Positions 16,964 through 27,032 are shown, counted from the first letter of the stretch. The stretch is 64,000 bases of DNA from an uncultured Clostridia bacterium (GCA_947624745.1 CANQLR010000008.1:1480-65479), one strand, 5' to 3'. A program made the numbers and translations. Notes: generated from the letters alone by a model not told the origin.

Positions 16964-18487
16964 ATGGCTTATGTAATAGGCGTAGACATCGGCACAAGCG
17001 GCACAAAGACGGTGCTGTTCGACGAGAAGGGGACGGTGATCGCCTCCAAGACGATCGAGTACCCGATGTATCAGCCCAAGAACGGCTATGCCGAGCAGGA
17101 CCCCGCAGACTGGGCGAACGCGGCTATCCAGACCATCAAGGCGGTAGTCGCCGAGAGCGGAGTCAAGAAGGAGGACGTCAAGGGCATCGGCCTTTCGGGA
17201 CAGATGCACGGGCTCGTGATGCTCGACAAGGACAACAACGTCATCCGCCGCTCCATCATCTGGTGCGACCAGAGAACCGCCAAGGAAGTCGACGAGATGA
17301 ACGAAAAGTTAGGCAGAGACAAGCTCATCGAGATAACCGCGAACCCCGCCCTCACCGGCTGGACGGCGGCGAAAATTCTTTGGGTGAGAAACAACGAGCC
17401 CGAGAATTATGAGAAATGCCGCCATATTCTGCTGCCGAAGGACTACATAAGATTCGTTCTGACCCACGAGTACGCGACAGAGGTCTCGGACGCGTCGGGC
17501 ATGCAGCTTCTGAACGTCCCCGGGCGCGACTGGTCGGACGAGATCATAAACGGCCTGGGGCTCGACAAGACCATGCTCGGAAAGGTATATGAGAGCTGCG
17601 AGGTAACGGGCGGCCTCACCGACGAGATAGCCGATATGGTCGGGCTCTGCGAGGGAACGCCGGTCGTCGGCGGAGCGGGAGACAACGCCGCGGCGGCCAT
17701 CGGCACCGGAGTTGCCACCGACGGCAAGGCCTTCACGACGATAGGCACCTCGGGGGTCGTGTTTGCTCACACCTCGAAAATTTCGATAGATAAGCTCGGC
17801 AGGGTGCATACCTGCTGCGCGGCAGTGCCGGGAGCGTGGCACGTCATGGGCGTGACCCAGGGCGCGGGGCTCTCGCTCAAATGGTTCAGGGACAACTTCT
17901 GCAGCGCAGAAAAGGAGACCGCCTCGCAGATGGGCGTAGACCCGTACTACCTCATGGACAAGGAGGCCGCGAGCGTTCCCATCGGCTCGAACAGGCTTTT
18001 GTATCTTCCGTATCTCATGGGCGAGCGCACTCCTCACCTTGACCCCGACGCGAGAGGCGTGTTCTTCGGGCTTTCGGCCATGCACCAGAAGAAGGACCTC
18101 CTTCGCGCCGTCATGGAGGGCGTTTCCTACAGCCTTCGCGACTGCGTTGAGGTCTTTAAGCAGATGGATATAAACGTCAGCGACATGATGGCCTGCGGTG
18201 GCGGCGGATCTTCCCCGCTTTGGAGGCAGATGCTCGCCGACCTGTACGCCTGCCCCGTTAAGACGGCTTCCTCGAAGGAAGGCCCCGCCCTCGGCGTCGC
18301 GCTTTTGGCCGCCGTCGGCACCGGCATTTACTCAAGCGTTCCCGAGGCCTGCCGCGAGGTCGTAAAGACCGACAAGGTGCAGGAGCCTATCCAAGAAAAC
18401 ATCAAGCCTTACGATGAGTTCTACAAGCTCTACACCGAGATCTATCCCGCCGTAAAGGCCTGCTATAAGCGCCTTTCCGCGCTTTGA
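16964..18487 (+). CDS. xylB: Xylulokinase (FGGY carbohydrate kinase family)
   Basis: 507 aa with VIGVDIGTSGTKTVLFD, GLSGQMHGLV, GGAGDNAAAAIGTG and ACGGGGSSPLWRQMLADL. Confidence 0.88.
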   Translation: MAYVIGVDIGTSGTKTVLFDEKGTVIASKTIEYPMYQPKNGYAEQDPADWANAAIQTIKAVVAESGVKKEDVKGIGLSGQMHGLVMLDKDNNVIRRSIIWCDQRTAKEVDEMNEKLGRDKLIEITANPALTGWTAAKILWVRNNEPENYEKCRHILLPKDYIRFVLTHEYATEVSDASGMQLLNVPGRDWSDEIINGLGLDKTMLGKVYESCEVTGGLTDEIADMVGLCEGTPVVGGAGDNAAAAIGTGVATDGKAFTTIGTSGVVFAHTSKISIDKLGRVHTCCAAVPGAWHVMGVTQGAGLSLKWFRDNFCSAEKETASQMGVDPYYLMDKEAASVPIGSNRLLYLPYLMGERTPHLDPDARGVFFGLSAMHQKKDLLRAVMEGVSYSLRDCVEVFKQMDINVSDMMACGGGGSSPLWRQMLADLYACPVKTASSKEGPALGVALLAAVGTGIYSSVPEACREVVKTDKVQEPIQENIKPYDEFYKLYTEIYPAVKACYKRLSAL

Positions 18488-18488
18488 T

Positions 18489-18623
18489 ATGAAAAAAGCG
18501 GTAAGAATTTTTGTCCTGTGCGCCGGCGCTCTGTCGCTGGCGCTCGGGCTTTGGCAGGGGGATTATTCGGATACCCTGCAAAAGGCTGTAAAAATCTGTA
18601 TGGAGTGTATCGGACTTGGCTGA
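18489..18623 (+). CDS. CD1871A-family small CXXC-motif protein
   Basis: 44 aa, not in the ORF track: MKKAVRIFVLCAGALSLALGLWQGDYSDTLQKAVKICMECIGLG. It precedes the membrane 4Fe-4S protein, as is typical for this family. Confidence 0.65.
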   Translation: MKKAVRIFVLCAGALSLALGLWQGDYSDTLQKAVKICMECIGLG

Positions 18624-19476
18624 AAAACTCACCTTTCGGCGCAGGCTGATACAGCTCGCCTCCGCGCTGATATATAATGCGAACCTCCCGGGTTTTTTCA
18701 CCGGGAGGATATACCGCGGCGGGGTAAAGGGCGTCTGCGTTCCGGGGCTGAACTGCTATTCCTGCCCCGGCGCGGTCGGGAGCTGCCCCTTGGGAGCGCT
18801 TCAGAACGCCATCTCGAACCTGCCGCGAAAGGCCCCGTTTTACGTCGCGGGGTTTATAATGCTGGTCGGGCTGCTCTTAGGAAGGGTGGTCTGCGGTTTT
18901 TTGTGCCCGTTCGGGCTTATTCAGGAGCTTTTGCATAAGATCCCCGGCCCGAAGATAAAAAAGAGCCGCGCGACCCGGGCGCTTAGCCTGCTCAAGTATG
19001 TAATTCTTTTGGTTTTCTTGATAGCTCTGCCGCTGTTTTACGCGTTTTACAAGGGGCTGCCGGTGCCGGCGTTCTGCAAGTATATCTGCCCGGCGGGAAC
19101 CTTGGAGGGCGGGCTGCCGCTTGTGGCGCTAAGGGAGGAATACCGCGGAGTTATCGGGTTTTTGTTCGGCTGGAAGACGGTTCTGTGCGCGGCGATACTT
19201 ATTCTTTGCGTGTTCATGTATCGCGCGTTCTGCCGGTTTTTGTGCCCGCTCGGGGCGATATATTCGCTATTTGCAAGGATCGCGATCATCGCCGTGAGGG
19301 TGGATAAGTCGGCCTGTAACGGCTGCGGGCTGTGCGTAAAAAACTGCAAAATGGACGTCAAGGAGGTCGGCGACAGAGAGTGCATACACTGCGGGCAGTG
19401 CATGAGCGCCTGCCCAAAAAACTGTATATATTTAGGAATGGAGAGGAGAAAATGCAAGGAAGAAAAAGGCTCCTGA
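18616..19476 (+). CDS. Membrane 4Fe-4S ferredoxin-type protein (NapH/MauN-like)
   Basis: 286 aa. It has a CYSCPGAVGSCP motif, several TM segments, and C-terminal CNGCGLCVKNC and CIHCGQCMSACP cluster motifs. Confidence 0.8.
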   Translation: MAEKLTFRRRLIQLASALIYNANLPGFFTGRIYRGGVKGVCVPGLNCYSCPGAVGSCPLGALQNAISNLPRKAPFYVAGFIMLVGLLLGRVVCGFLCPFGLIQELLHKIPGPKIKKSRATRALSLLKYVILLVFLIALPLFYAFYKGLPVPAFCKYICPAGTLEGGLPLVALREEYRGVIGFLFGWKTVLCAAILILCVFMYRAFCRFLCPLGAIYSLFARIAIIAVRVDKSACNGCGLCVKNCKMDVKEVGDRECIHCGQCMSACPKNCIYLGMERRKCKEEKGS

Positions 19477-19988
19477 GCGGGGTTTTGGCGATTGCGATGG
19501 CGGTAGGTTTCGCCTCCTGCGGGGATAGCCAAAACGGCAGCGCCGAGGGGGAATACGCCCCCGCCGAGGTCGGGGAGGAGATGCGGGATTTCACCGCCGA
19601 AACGCTCTCGGGGGAGAGCTTCACCCTCTCGGAGCAGAAGGGAAAGGTTATCCTGCTTAATTTTTGGGCGACTTGGTGCGGGCCCTGCGTGGGCGAGATG
19701 CCGGCCTTCCCGGAGCTTATCGAAAAGTACGGCGACGAGCTCTGCCTGGTGGCCGTGAACTGCGGCGAGGACAAGGAGACGGTCGAGAGCTTCATGGAGG
19801 ACAACGGCTACTCGTTCACCGTGCTGACCGACGAGGACTACGCCATAAGCGACATGTACCCGACCGACGGGATACCGTACACGGTGATTTTTGATCGAGA
19901 CGGAAATATCGCGCACATTCAGCTCGGCGCGGACACGTCAGAGAAGATGCTGGAGATGTATAGCGAGACTATTGATACGCTTGTTTAA
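19452..19988 (+). CDS. TlpA/ResA-family thioredoxin-like lipoprotein
   Basis: 178 aa from ATG 19452 with lipobox GFASC and redox motif WATWCGPC. Confidence 0.85.
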   Translation: MQGRKRLLSGVLAIAMAVGFASCGDSQNGSAEGEYAPAEVGEEMRDFTAETLSGESFTLSEQKGKVILLNFWATWCGPCVGEMPAFPELIEKYGDELCLVAVNCGEDKETVESFMEDNGYSFTVLTDEDYAISDMYPTDGIPYTVIFDRDGNIAHIQLGADTSEKMLEMYSETIDTLV

Positions 19989-19995
19989 GGGTATA

Positions 19996-20034
19996 AAAAG
20001 CCCCCGGCCGGGATAGGTCGGGGGTAATTTTTTA
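19996..20034. terminator. Bidirectional Rho-independent terminator between convergent genes
   Basis: CCCCCGGCC-GGGATA-GGTCGGGGG, flanked by an A-run upstream and a T-run downstream. Confidence 0.7.
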
Positions 20035-20036
20035 TC

Positions 20037-23000
20037 TTATCTTACCGTTTCGGTGACCAAATTCGCGCAGGCCGCTTCGATAGGCGCGTCGACCTCGACG
20101 ATGTCGCCCACGTCCTCGGTGTCGGGCAGGCCGATGTCGTATCCGCAGAAGTTGCAGACCCCGTCGGAGTCGAAGCTGTGCGCCTCGACGAGCTGTATCA
20201 GTCCGCAGCCGGTGCAGAACATTCTGTGCTGCGCCGTGTCGTAATCGACGATGAAGTGGTGGGTGTGCCCGGGAACCGCGGGAGCGCTCGGCTGTGAAGG
20301 CTGGGTCGGCTGCGAGGGTTGGATCGGGGTATCGGGCTCGGTCGGCTTGTCGGGCTCGGTCGGCTTATCCGGCTCGGCAGGGGTGCTCGGCTCGGGCTCG
20401 GTGGGATTGCTCGGCGTGCTCGGCTGCTGCGCGGGGGTATCGGGGACGGTCAGAGCGGGATCCTTATGTCCGCAGACGGTGCAAACGCCGTCCGCGCCGA
20501 ATATATGGGGCTCCTCGGGGCTCTTCTCGGCGCAGTTAGAGGCCGCGCAGACCCGGAAGTGTCCGTTCTCGCCGGGGTAGTAGTCGCCGGTGAACTCGTG
20601 GGTGTGGCCGGTGGTGGTGTTCGCGAAGCCGCAGAGGGTGCAGATGCCGTCCGTGCCGAAGGTGTGGGGCGTGAGCTCGGATTTATGCGAGCAGGAGGGG
20701 AACACGCACTTTTGGATATGTCCCTCCGCGCCCTCGGGGATATAATCGGTGCCGTAGCGGTGGGTGTGAGCCTCAAAGAGGGCGAACCCGCAGACCTCGC
20801 ACTTGCCGTCGGCGTCGTATTTATGCGCCTCGGTGGGAGAGTGCGAACCGCAGCCGGTGCAGGTCAGGTAATGCCCGAAAGCGCCGTCGGCGGTATACTC
20901 GGTGCCGAAGGTGTGGTCGGGGCTAAGCTCGCGGTAGCCGCAGGCCTCGCAGAGATGGTCGTCGCCGCCCGCGTCGGTGTGGGGCACTGCCTCGGTGGTT
21001 GCGGTGCAGGGCGTGCCGTCCTGATTTATATGGGTGCAGCGGTGGAAGTGTCCGCTCTCCTTGGAGTCATAGTGCCAAACCTCGTCGAAGGTGTGGGTGT
21101 GCATTTCGTCGTTTCTGTAGCCGCAGACGGTGCAGGTGCCGGAAACGTCGTAGGTGTGGGGCGAAAGCTCGGAAAGCTGTCCGCAGACCTCGCCGTTGTC
21201 ATAGACGTAGGTGCACTTGCTGCGGTGGCCGGTCTCGTCGGACTCATATCCGCCGAAGATGTGCTCGGTGTGAACGCTTCCCGCCTCCGAAACGATGACG
21301 GTGGTCATGCCCGAAGACTCGGTCTCGGCCATGGAAGCGCCCGCGATGGCGATCGCCTTGCAGTAGTAAACGCCGCTGTCCGCGAGGGAGGCGTTTTCGA
21401 TCGCGACGGTTGAACCGGTGCCTATCATCTTGTCGGTCGCGCCGTTGCCGGCGACCTTGTACCACTGGTATGTATAGGCGCTGTTGGCGGAGGGAACGCT
21501 TAAAACTATCCTGCCGCCGACCGCCGCGGAAACGGTGGAGGGAACGGTGAAGCTCTCCGGCTTCTGTGCGACGGGAATGACCGCCTCGCCGACCTCGGCT
21601 ATCGCTACCGACGCCGCGACAAATTTCGCGGAAACAATCGCGCCGAGGGAGTCTATCTCGTCATAGCTAAGCGTGAACGAGGTGTCCTGGTCGGAGGAGC
21701 TCGAAATGTTCTTTGTAACTCCCGAGACCTCGAGGGTGTCGACGATATAGCCGGCTTCGCTCTTTACGCTTATTGAAGCGCTCTCGCCGGGCTTAAGGGT
21801 GATGTATCCGTCGACCGCGGAGGGGGAGGTAACGCTTCCTCCGACGTCGGAAACGAGGGTCACGACCTTTTCGGCAGCGGCACTGTCTCCCTTGACGGCG
21901 GCGATGGTGAACGGAGAGAAGCTCGAAACGGTGATGAGAAGCCCGTAGGGAGTGACGGTGCAGGGGATCTCCTCAATGCCGGTGATGGCGCCGGATTCGT
22001 CCTTTATATAATGGTAGGCCTTAAAGGTGACTCCCGCGTCCTCGGGGCCGTAGCCGGCGGGGAAGCCGCAGGTTATTCTCATCGACATGCCGTTCTGAAG
22101 CCCCGCAAGCTGCTTGCTGCAAAGGGTGAGGTTGATGTTATAGGTGTCGGAGGCCAGAAGCTCCTCGTTTTCCTTTGTTTCGATGAGCTCGTTCATCTCG
22201 TGGGCGTCCTTTTGGTTGGTGTCGGACACAACGAGCATGAGGCGCTGCTTGAGCTGCTTTTCAAAGACGGTGCCCGCCGCGCCCTCGATGAAGTTTCCGA
22301 CGGAAAGCTCGGCGTCGTTAAGAAGCTGGGGCTTTGCGAAGCAGGAGTAGTCGAACCCTCTTGAGCGCCACGCGCAGACCGCGCAGGCATGGGCGCAGCC
22401 GTAGCCGATATAGCCGGGGGCCTTGCCGCTCCATGCGCCGACCACGCCGTCAAGATAGAAGCTGTAGAAGACGTTGTCGTCCGCCCACATCTCGCTCGGC
22501 TTAAAGTCGAACTCGACTACGGTGTAGGGCTCGCCGGTCTCGGGGATAACATGCTTTAAAACAAGGTTTTTCGTGAGGTAGGAGTAGTCCTGAGGCCGCA
22601 CTCCGCTCTCGATGCCGACGCCGCGGTCGGTAAGGGTTACCTTGAGCTTTACGTCGTCCGAGGTCGCCCTTACGAGCTCGCTCTTGTATTCGGGAGCGGC
22701 GTAGTTTTCGGTCGCGCAGTATTTCTCATAGACCTCGGGCAGAACGAGGATATCGTCGTAGACGGCGGTTATGTGCTTCCATGTGCCGTCGATATACATT
22801 GCGAGGTACTGCCTCGGGGTGACGTCCTTGGCAAAGGGCGCGGCGCGGTATGTGCCGTGCTCGTTGTGGACCATTCCGCTGTCCGCCAGAAGAAGGTTCG
22901 GGTCGCCGTGGAAGTAGGTGTCGGGGACGGAGTCTACCTTGATCGCGGGATAGGGGATAGTGGTCACGCCGAATTCGACAAACTCGACGTGAGGCATATA

Positions 23001-24257
23001 AAACACAGTCTCGTTGCCGACGTCGGGGAAGGCTCCGGGGTAAAGCTCGGGAGTGACGTAGTACCAGTCGGTGTCCTTCCAGCCCTCGGTGATGCTGTAG
23101 ACGCTGTTTTTGGTGACGAGGTAGTAGCCGTGCTGCATCATCTCGGTCAGGTTCATGCCCATGTAGCTGACGTAGTAGTTGCCCGAGTCCTCGCCGTCAT
23201 AGGTGCCCTTTTCATAGCGCACCTTAAGGGGAGAATTGTCGTCGGTGATGGTCTTGGTGCCCTCGTTTTCAAAGCTTAGTCCGGGGTATGTGAACTGATA
23301 GCCCGATTCCGAGACTACCCCCGAGGCGGTATGGTGCCTCGAAAGCTCGCCCGCGCCGACAAGGAGGTACTCGTGGTTCTCATAGCCGTCGAGCCCGGTC
23401 GAGGTGTCCTGAGTGCGGCGGTTGATCGGGTCGTCCATCGTCACGTCGACGCCGTACCATATGCCGTCGACCATGACCTCGTTCCAGATGTGCTGCTCGA
23501 TCTCGTTTTCGTTGTGGGTGTAGACGCCGTAGACCATCACGCAGGGGATCCCGAGCTTATCCATCGCGTCCTTGAACGCGCGGGTGTATGACTCGCAGAC
23601 GCCCTCGTGATTGACAAGAGCGCCGTAGGAGGTGCGGATGGTGCCGATAGACGAGGTCTTGCCGAGCTCGAAAAGCTTCAGCTCGTCGCGGTATGTAACG
23701 GTCTTCGCGATGTAGTCGTGAACGGCCTCTATCTTCGATCTTGCGTCGGTATAGCCCGAAGCTGCGGAAAGAAGCGCGTTAAGGGCAGCCTGATACTGCG
23801 CCTCGGCGGCCGTGACCTGCTCTGCGGAGGTAAAGCCCTCGGCGTAGTAGGTGTCGTATCTTCCGGGACCCATGTAGAGGTGGAAGTCGTTCCCGGATTG
23901 GGTTATGCGGATAGAGATCGCGGAAAAATCGACATAGAAAACGCTCGGATAGTCGAGCCAGAAGGCGTCGCGGGCGGCTCCGTAGTCGGAAAGAAGGTCT
24001 GCCGCGCCGACGAGGTGAGCCTGGATCGCCTCTACGCCGATCTTGTCGGTAAGCTCGACCGAAGCGGTGCCGGTCTTAAGCTCGCCCGACTCGTACATTG
24101 TCCTAAGGGCGTCGTAGAAAACACGGGCCCTTGCCGTAAGCTGGTTGTAAAAATAGCCTGCCGCGGGGCTGACCGCACCCGGCGCCGCAAAAGCGGTGAA
24201 GCCGAGGGAGGTGAGCGCAAGCACAAAGGCTAAAATGATCGCCAGTAATCTTCTCAT
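20037..24257 (-). CDS. Large secreted protein: transglutaminase-like cysteine-protease core, beta-rich/Ig-like middle, six His/Cys-rich modules and a Pro/Thr linker
   Basis: 1406 aa with a signal peptide (...FTAFA/AP). The Cys-His-Asp core is HEGVCESYTRAF ... EQHIWNEV ... WYGVDVTMDD. C-terminal modules are of the type GHxxxC..C....PHxF..DGxCxxCG[FYH]. Confidence 0.85.
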   Translation of the reverse strand: MRRLLAIILAFVLALTSLGFTAFAAPGAVSPAAGYFYNQLTARARVFYDALRTMYESGELKTGTASVELTDKIGVEAIQAHLVGAADLLSDYGAARDAFWLDYPSVFYVDFSAISIRITQSGNDFHLYMGPGRYDTYYAEGFTSAEQVTAAEAQYQAALNALLSAASGYTDARSKIEAVHDYIAKTVTYRDELKLFELGKTSSIGTIRTSYGALVNHEGVCESYTRAFKDAMDKLGIPCVMVYGVYTHNENEIEQHIWNEVMVDGIWYGVDVTMDDPINRRTQDTSTGLDGYENHEYLLVGAGELSRHHTASGVVSESGYQFTYPGLSFENEGTKTITDDNSPLKVRYEKGTYDGEDSGNYYVSYMGMNLTEMMQHGYYLVTKNSVYSITEGWKDTDWYYVTPELYPGAFPDVGNETVFYMPHVEFVEFGVTTIPYPAIKVDSVPDTYFHGDPNLLLADSGMVHNEHGTYRAAPFAKDVTPRQYLAMYIDGTWKHITAVYDDILVLPEVYEKYCATENYAAPEYKSELVRATSDDVKLKVTLTDRGVGIESGVRPQDYSYLTKNLVLKHVIPETGEPYTVVEFDFKPSEMWADDNVFYSFYLDGVVGAWSGKAPGYIGYGCAHACAVCAWRSRGFDYSCFAKPQLLNDAELSVGNFIEGAAGTVFEKQLKQRLMLVVSDTNQKDAHEMNELIETKENEELLASDTYNINLTLCSKQLAGLQNGMSMRITCGFPAGYGPEDAGVTFKAYHYIKDESGAITGIEEIPCTVTPYGLLITVSSFSPFTIAAVKGDSAAAEKVVTLVSDVGGSVTSPSAVDGYITLKPGESASISVKSEAGYIVDTLEVSGVTKNISSSSDQDTSFTLSYDEIDSLGAIVSAKFVAASVAIAEVGEAVIPVAQKPESFTVPSTVSAAVGGRIVLSVPSANSAYTYQWYKVAGNGATDKMIGTGSTVAIENASLADSGVYYCKAIAIAGASMAETESSGMTTVIVSEAGSVHTEHIFGGYESDETGHRSKCTYVYDNGEVCGQLSELSPHTYDVSGTCTVCGYRNDEMHTHTFDEVWHYDSKESGHFHRCTHINQDGTPCTATTEAVPHTDAGGDDHLCEACGYRELSPDHTFGTEYTADGAFGHYLTCTGCGSHSPTEAHKYDADGKCEVCGFALFEAHTHRYGTDYIPEGAEGHIQKCVFPSCSHKSELTPHTFGTDGICTLCGFANTTTGHTHEFTGDYYPGENGHFRVCAASNCAEKSPEEPHIFGADGVCTVCGHKDPALTVPDTPAQQPSTPSNPTEPEPSTPAEPDKPTEPDKPTEPDTPIQPSQPTQPSQPSAPAVPGHTHHFIVDYDTAQHRMFCTGCGLIQLVEAHSFDSDGVCNFCGYDIGLPDTEDVGDIVEVDAPIEAACANLVTETVR

Positions 24258-24508
24258 TGAAAAGTCCTCCGTTAATTTTTTAGGTGATGCGCAGGGATAT
24301 TATACTATATTAAGGGTGAGTTGTCAAGGGGATAAAGTTTTTGAGATTTACTTTTGCGGCAGCGGATATCCCCCCATTTCTTAAATTTCTCTTAATTTTT
24401 CCTTTTGTAACTCTTTTGTTATTGATTTTTTGCGCGGGAGTGGTATAATAGATAGGGAAACGGGTGAAATGCTCTTTTTACATATTTTTCTTTTTTCGGA
24501 GATATAAA

Positions 24509-26236
24509 ATGCGCCACATACACTACATCTACATTAAATATAAATTTAAATTTATTTTTTCGATAGCCGCCGCGGCTTCGCTTTTGTTTACGGGCTGCGC
24601 TTCGCTTTTGCCTTCCTCGGACGAGGCGACCGCTTCGGAGCCGTCGGTGAGTATTTTTACGCAGTCCAAGCCCGCGGCTGCCGAACCTGCCGAAACTCGC
24701 GACCCCAATATTCCCGATTTTGTGGTGGATACCACCGCCGCGCCCGACGAGCCGGAGCCGCCACAAAGCTCGCCCGAGACTGCCGAAGCCGTTGAGACCG
24801 AGGAGATCCCGCAGCAGAGCGACATTTCCGGGGAAATCGTCGACGACTGGAGAGCGGGTCTTAACATTGAATACCCCGCCGACGTGGAGGAGCTTTTTCA
24901 GCGGTTTTCCATCGACAAAAATACCCGGGAGGGGTATTACAGAATGATCTCCTCCGAATGTCAGCTGCCTGTAATTCACATTTCTACCGAAAACGAACAG
25001 GAAATTCTGTCCCGCGAGGATTATGTGAACTGCCTCGTCGAGATAATGAACTGCGCCGAGGTCTATAAGCTTGCGGCGACGGCGGGGATCCGCGTTCGGG
25101 GCAACGCGAGCGCGGATTACGGAAACGTCGACTTCATCAGAAACAACATTGTCTCGTACCGCGTGAAATTCGACGAAAAGCAGTCGATGCTCGGGCTGAA
25201 CGACTTCGCGAGGTGCCGCTCGTGGATACTCTTAAAAGCCTATGAGACGGGCGTCCGCAACCTTCTGGCGTTCCGCCTTGCCGAGGCGATAAACGAGGGG
25301 AACTACTACGTTTCGGACTGCACGCCGGTGCAGGTCTACGTCAACGAAAAGTACGCCGGACTCTACATTCTGTGCGAGCAGACCCAGGAAAACTCGCAGA
25401 GGGTCGACATAAACGAGGCCGAGGACGGCTACACAGGCACCGACATAGGGTATCTTGTGGAGCTCGACAACTACGCTTCGTCGGACGGCGACCCGTTCTT
25501 CCTCCTGAACTACGACAACGAGGAGATCACCGACGTCTACGGCACCACGCGCGTGCCGAGAAAGTACACATATTCGGTCAAAAACGACCTCTACGGCGAC
25601 GAGCAGCTCAAATTCATCGAGAGAAGATTTGAGATCTATTGGGAGATCGCGCTTCGGGCGATAAAGTACGGCGAATTCTGGAAGATGGACGAAAATTACG
25701 AGATCGTCCCCGCCGCGGACGGCGAATTTTCGAGCGCTTACGAGTGCATAAACGCCGCCATTAACGTCGATTCGGTGGTGGATATGTATATGCTCTACGA
25801 GATCGTGAACGACCAGGACCTCGGCGGGGGGAGCTTCTTCTTCGCCGCCGATTACGGCCCCGACCCCGTTTACCCGAGGCTCACGATGGTGGCCCCGTGG
25901 GACTTCGACTGGGGCTATTCCGACTATAAGTGCACCCCCGACGGCGGCATCTACGCGGCGCGCTTCAAGGATGACTATTTTGTGCAGAATTGGGGCGACC
26001 GCTCGAACCCGTGGCTGATTCTTTTCTATTCCGCCGATTGGTTCAGAGAGCTTGTGAAGGAAAAATGGGCGCAGCGCCTCGGGGCGATAGAGGCGGTCAT
26101 GGACGAGACGGAGCAGCTCGCGGTCGACTATTCGGAGGACTTCGATAAGGACGGCGTCCACCGCGCCGCAAAGGCAAAGGCAACGGTGGATTGGACACGG
26201 CAGAGGGTGGAGTATCTGAACGGGGTGTGGGGGTAA
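24509..26236 (+). CDS. cotH: CotH-family (spore-coat kinase-like) lipoprotein
   Basis: 575 aa from ATG 24509 with lipobox LFTGC. Blocks IRVRGNASADYG, YVNEKYAGLYILCEQ and GGGSFFFAAD are typical of CotH domains. Confidence 0.75.
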   Translation: MRHIHYIYIKYKFKFIFSIAAAASLLFTGCASLLPSSDEATASEPSVSIFTQSKPAAAEPAETRDPNIPDFVVDTTAAPDEPEPPQSSPETAEAVETEEIPQQSDISGEIVDDWRAGLNIEYPADVEELFQRFSIDKNTREGYYRMISSECQLPVIHISTENEQEILSREDYVNCLVEIMNCAEVYKLAATAGIRVRGNASADYGNVDFIRNNIVSYRVKFDEKQSMLGLNDFARCRSWILLKAYETGVRNLLAFRLAEAINEGNYYVSDCTPVQVYVNEKYAGLYILCEQTQENSQRVDINEAEDGYTGTDIGYLVELDNYASSDGDPFFLLNYDNEEITDVYGTTRVPRKYTYSVKNDLYGDEQLKFIERRFEIYWEIALRAIKYGEFWKMDENYEIVPAADGEFSSAYECINAAINVDSVVDMYMLYEIVNDQDLGGGSFFFAADYGPDPVYPRLTMVAPWDFDWGYSDYKCTPDGGIYAARFKDDYFVQNWGDRSNPWLILFYSADWFRELVKEKWAQRLGAIEAVMDETEQLAVDYSEDFDKDGVHRAAKAKATVDWTRQRVEYLNGVWG

Positions 26237-26241
26237 ATGAG

Positions 26242-26267
26242 AGCAGGCTGAGGAGCCTGCTTTTTTT
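26242..26267 (+). terminator. Rho-independent terminator after the cotH-like gene
   Basis: AGCAGGCT-GAGG-AGCCTGCT followed by TTTTTT. Confidence 0.8.
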
Positions 26268-26574
26268 ATTGGGAAGGGGGAGGGAGGAAAAGAGGCAGGA
26301 GGGAAAGGTACTTTTTTAGTCTCTCTCGGGCTCGTTTGAGGGTGCGGGAGACGGTCGGGGCGGTGACGCCGCGGAGGACGGCGGTCTCGTATATCGTGCG
26401 TTGGGCGAAGTAATAGTCGCACATGAACAGGTACTGGCGCGGGGTGAGGGCGCGCTTCATGAGCTTTCGTAGCTGCTCCGGGGAGGAGGGCAGCAGGCGG
26501 GCGGCGGCCGGGGAGGACCGGGGAGAGGGGAGGATATCGGACAAGAGGTCGAATGATACGCGGGTGGGGGACAT
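26266..26574 (-). CDS. Small sigma-70 region-4-like HTH protein
   Basis: 102 aa from ATG 26574 with LTPRQYLFMCDYYFAQRTIYETAVLRGVTAPTVSRTLKRARERLKKY. The longer 337-aa ORF in the track runs into the hairpin array and is spurious upstream. Confidence 0.65.
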   Translation of the reverse strand: MSPTRVSFDLLSDILPSPRSSPAAARLLPSSPEQLRKLMKRALTPRQYLFMCDYYFAQRTIYETAVLRGVTAPTVSRTLKRARERLKKYLSLLPLFLPPPSQ

Positions 26575-26721
26575 GGGGGCTCCTTCTTTGGATTGGATTG
26601 GGTGTGGTTTGTGATGGGGTGGGTGAAGGGTGGGGCAGGGAGGGGTGGATGTGTGGCGAAGCCCCACGGGGCTTCGCCACCGCGCGCCCTGCTTCGCCGC
26701 AGCAAGGTGCAGACTTTGCGC

Positions 26722-26813
26722 GGCGAAGCCCCTGCGCGGAGCGCAGCTCCACGCGGCCGCGGACCGGAGGTCCGCGGCCCACCGGCCACGAAGTGGCCGG
26801 TGGGAGCTTCGCC
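26722..26813 (+). repeat. Nested hairpin module 2a
   Basis: Outer stem is GGCGAAGC (26722-26729) / GCTTCGCC (26806-26813). Inner hairpins are at 26734-26754 (one mismatch), 26756-26778 and 26779-26803. Confidence 0.7.
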
Positions 26814-27032
26814 CCCGTCGACAGCACTCCTCCCGCCCCGAGTTGTTGGCGGAACTTGGGTGCAGAGTTTGCCTCGCTTGTCGCTCGGCAAACGGGGAGA
26901 CCCCCGGCGAGAACGCAACGGCCAATCGACTGCTGAATCGTTCCTTAGTGGCCGTTGCGCAACGAACCCGCCGGAGCGGCGGCTTCGCCTCCGCGCGCCC
27001 TGCCTCAGCGCAGCAAGGTGCAGACTTTGCGC

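Noticed and set aside
20053-24233. Antisense ORFs inside the 4.2-kb transglutaminase-like gene (for example 20319-21413 at 364 aa and 23607-24233).
   Set aside because: These are typical GC-rich antisense open frames with Gly/Ala/Val/Arg-rich composition and no starts with an RBS. The sense-strand gene has clear domains.
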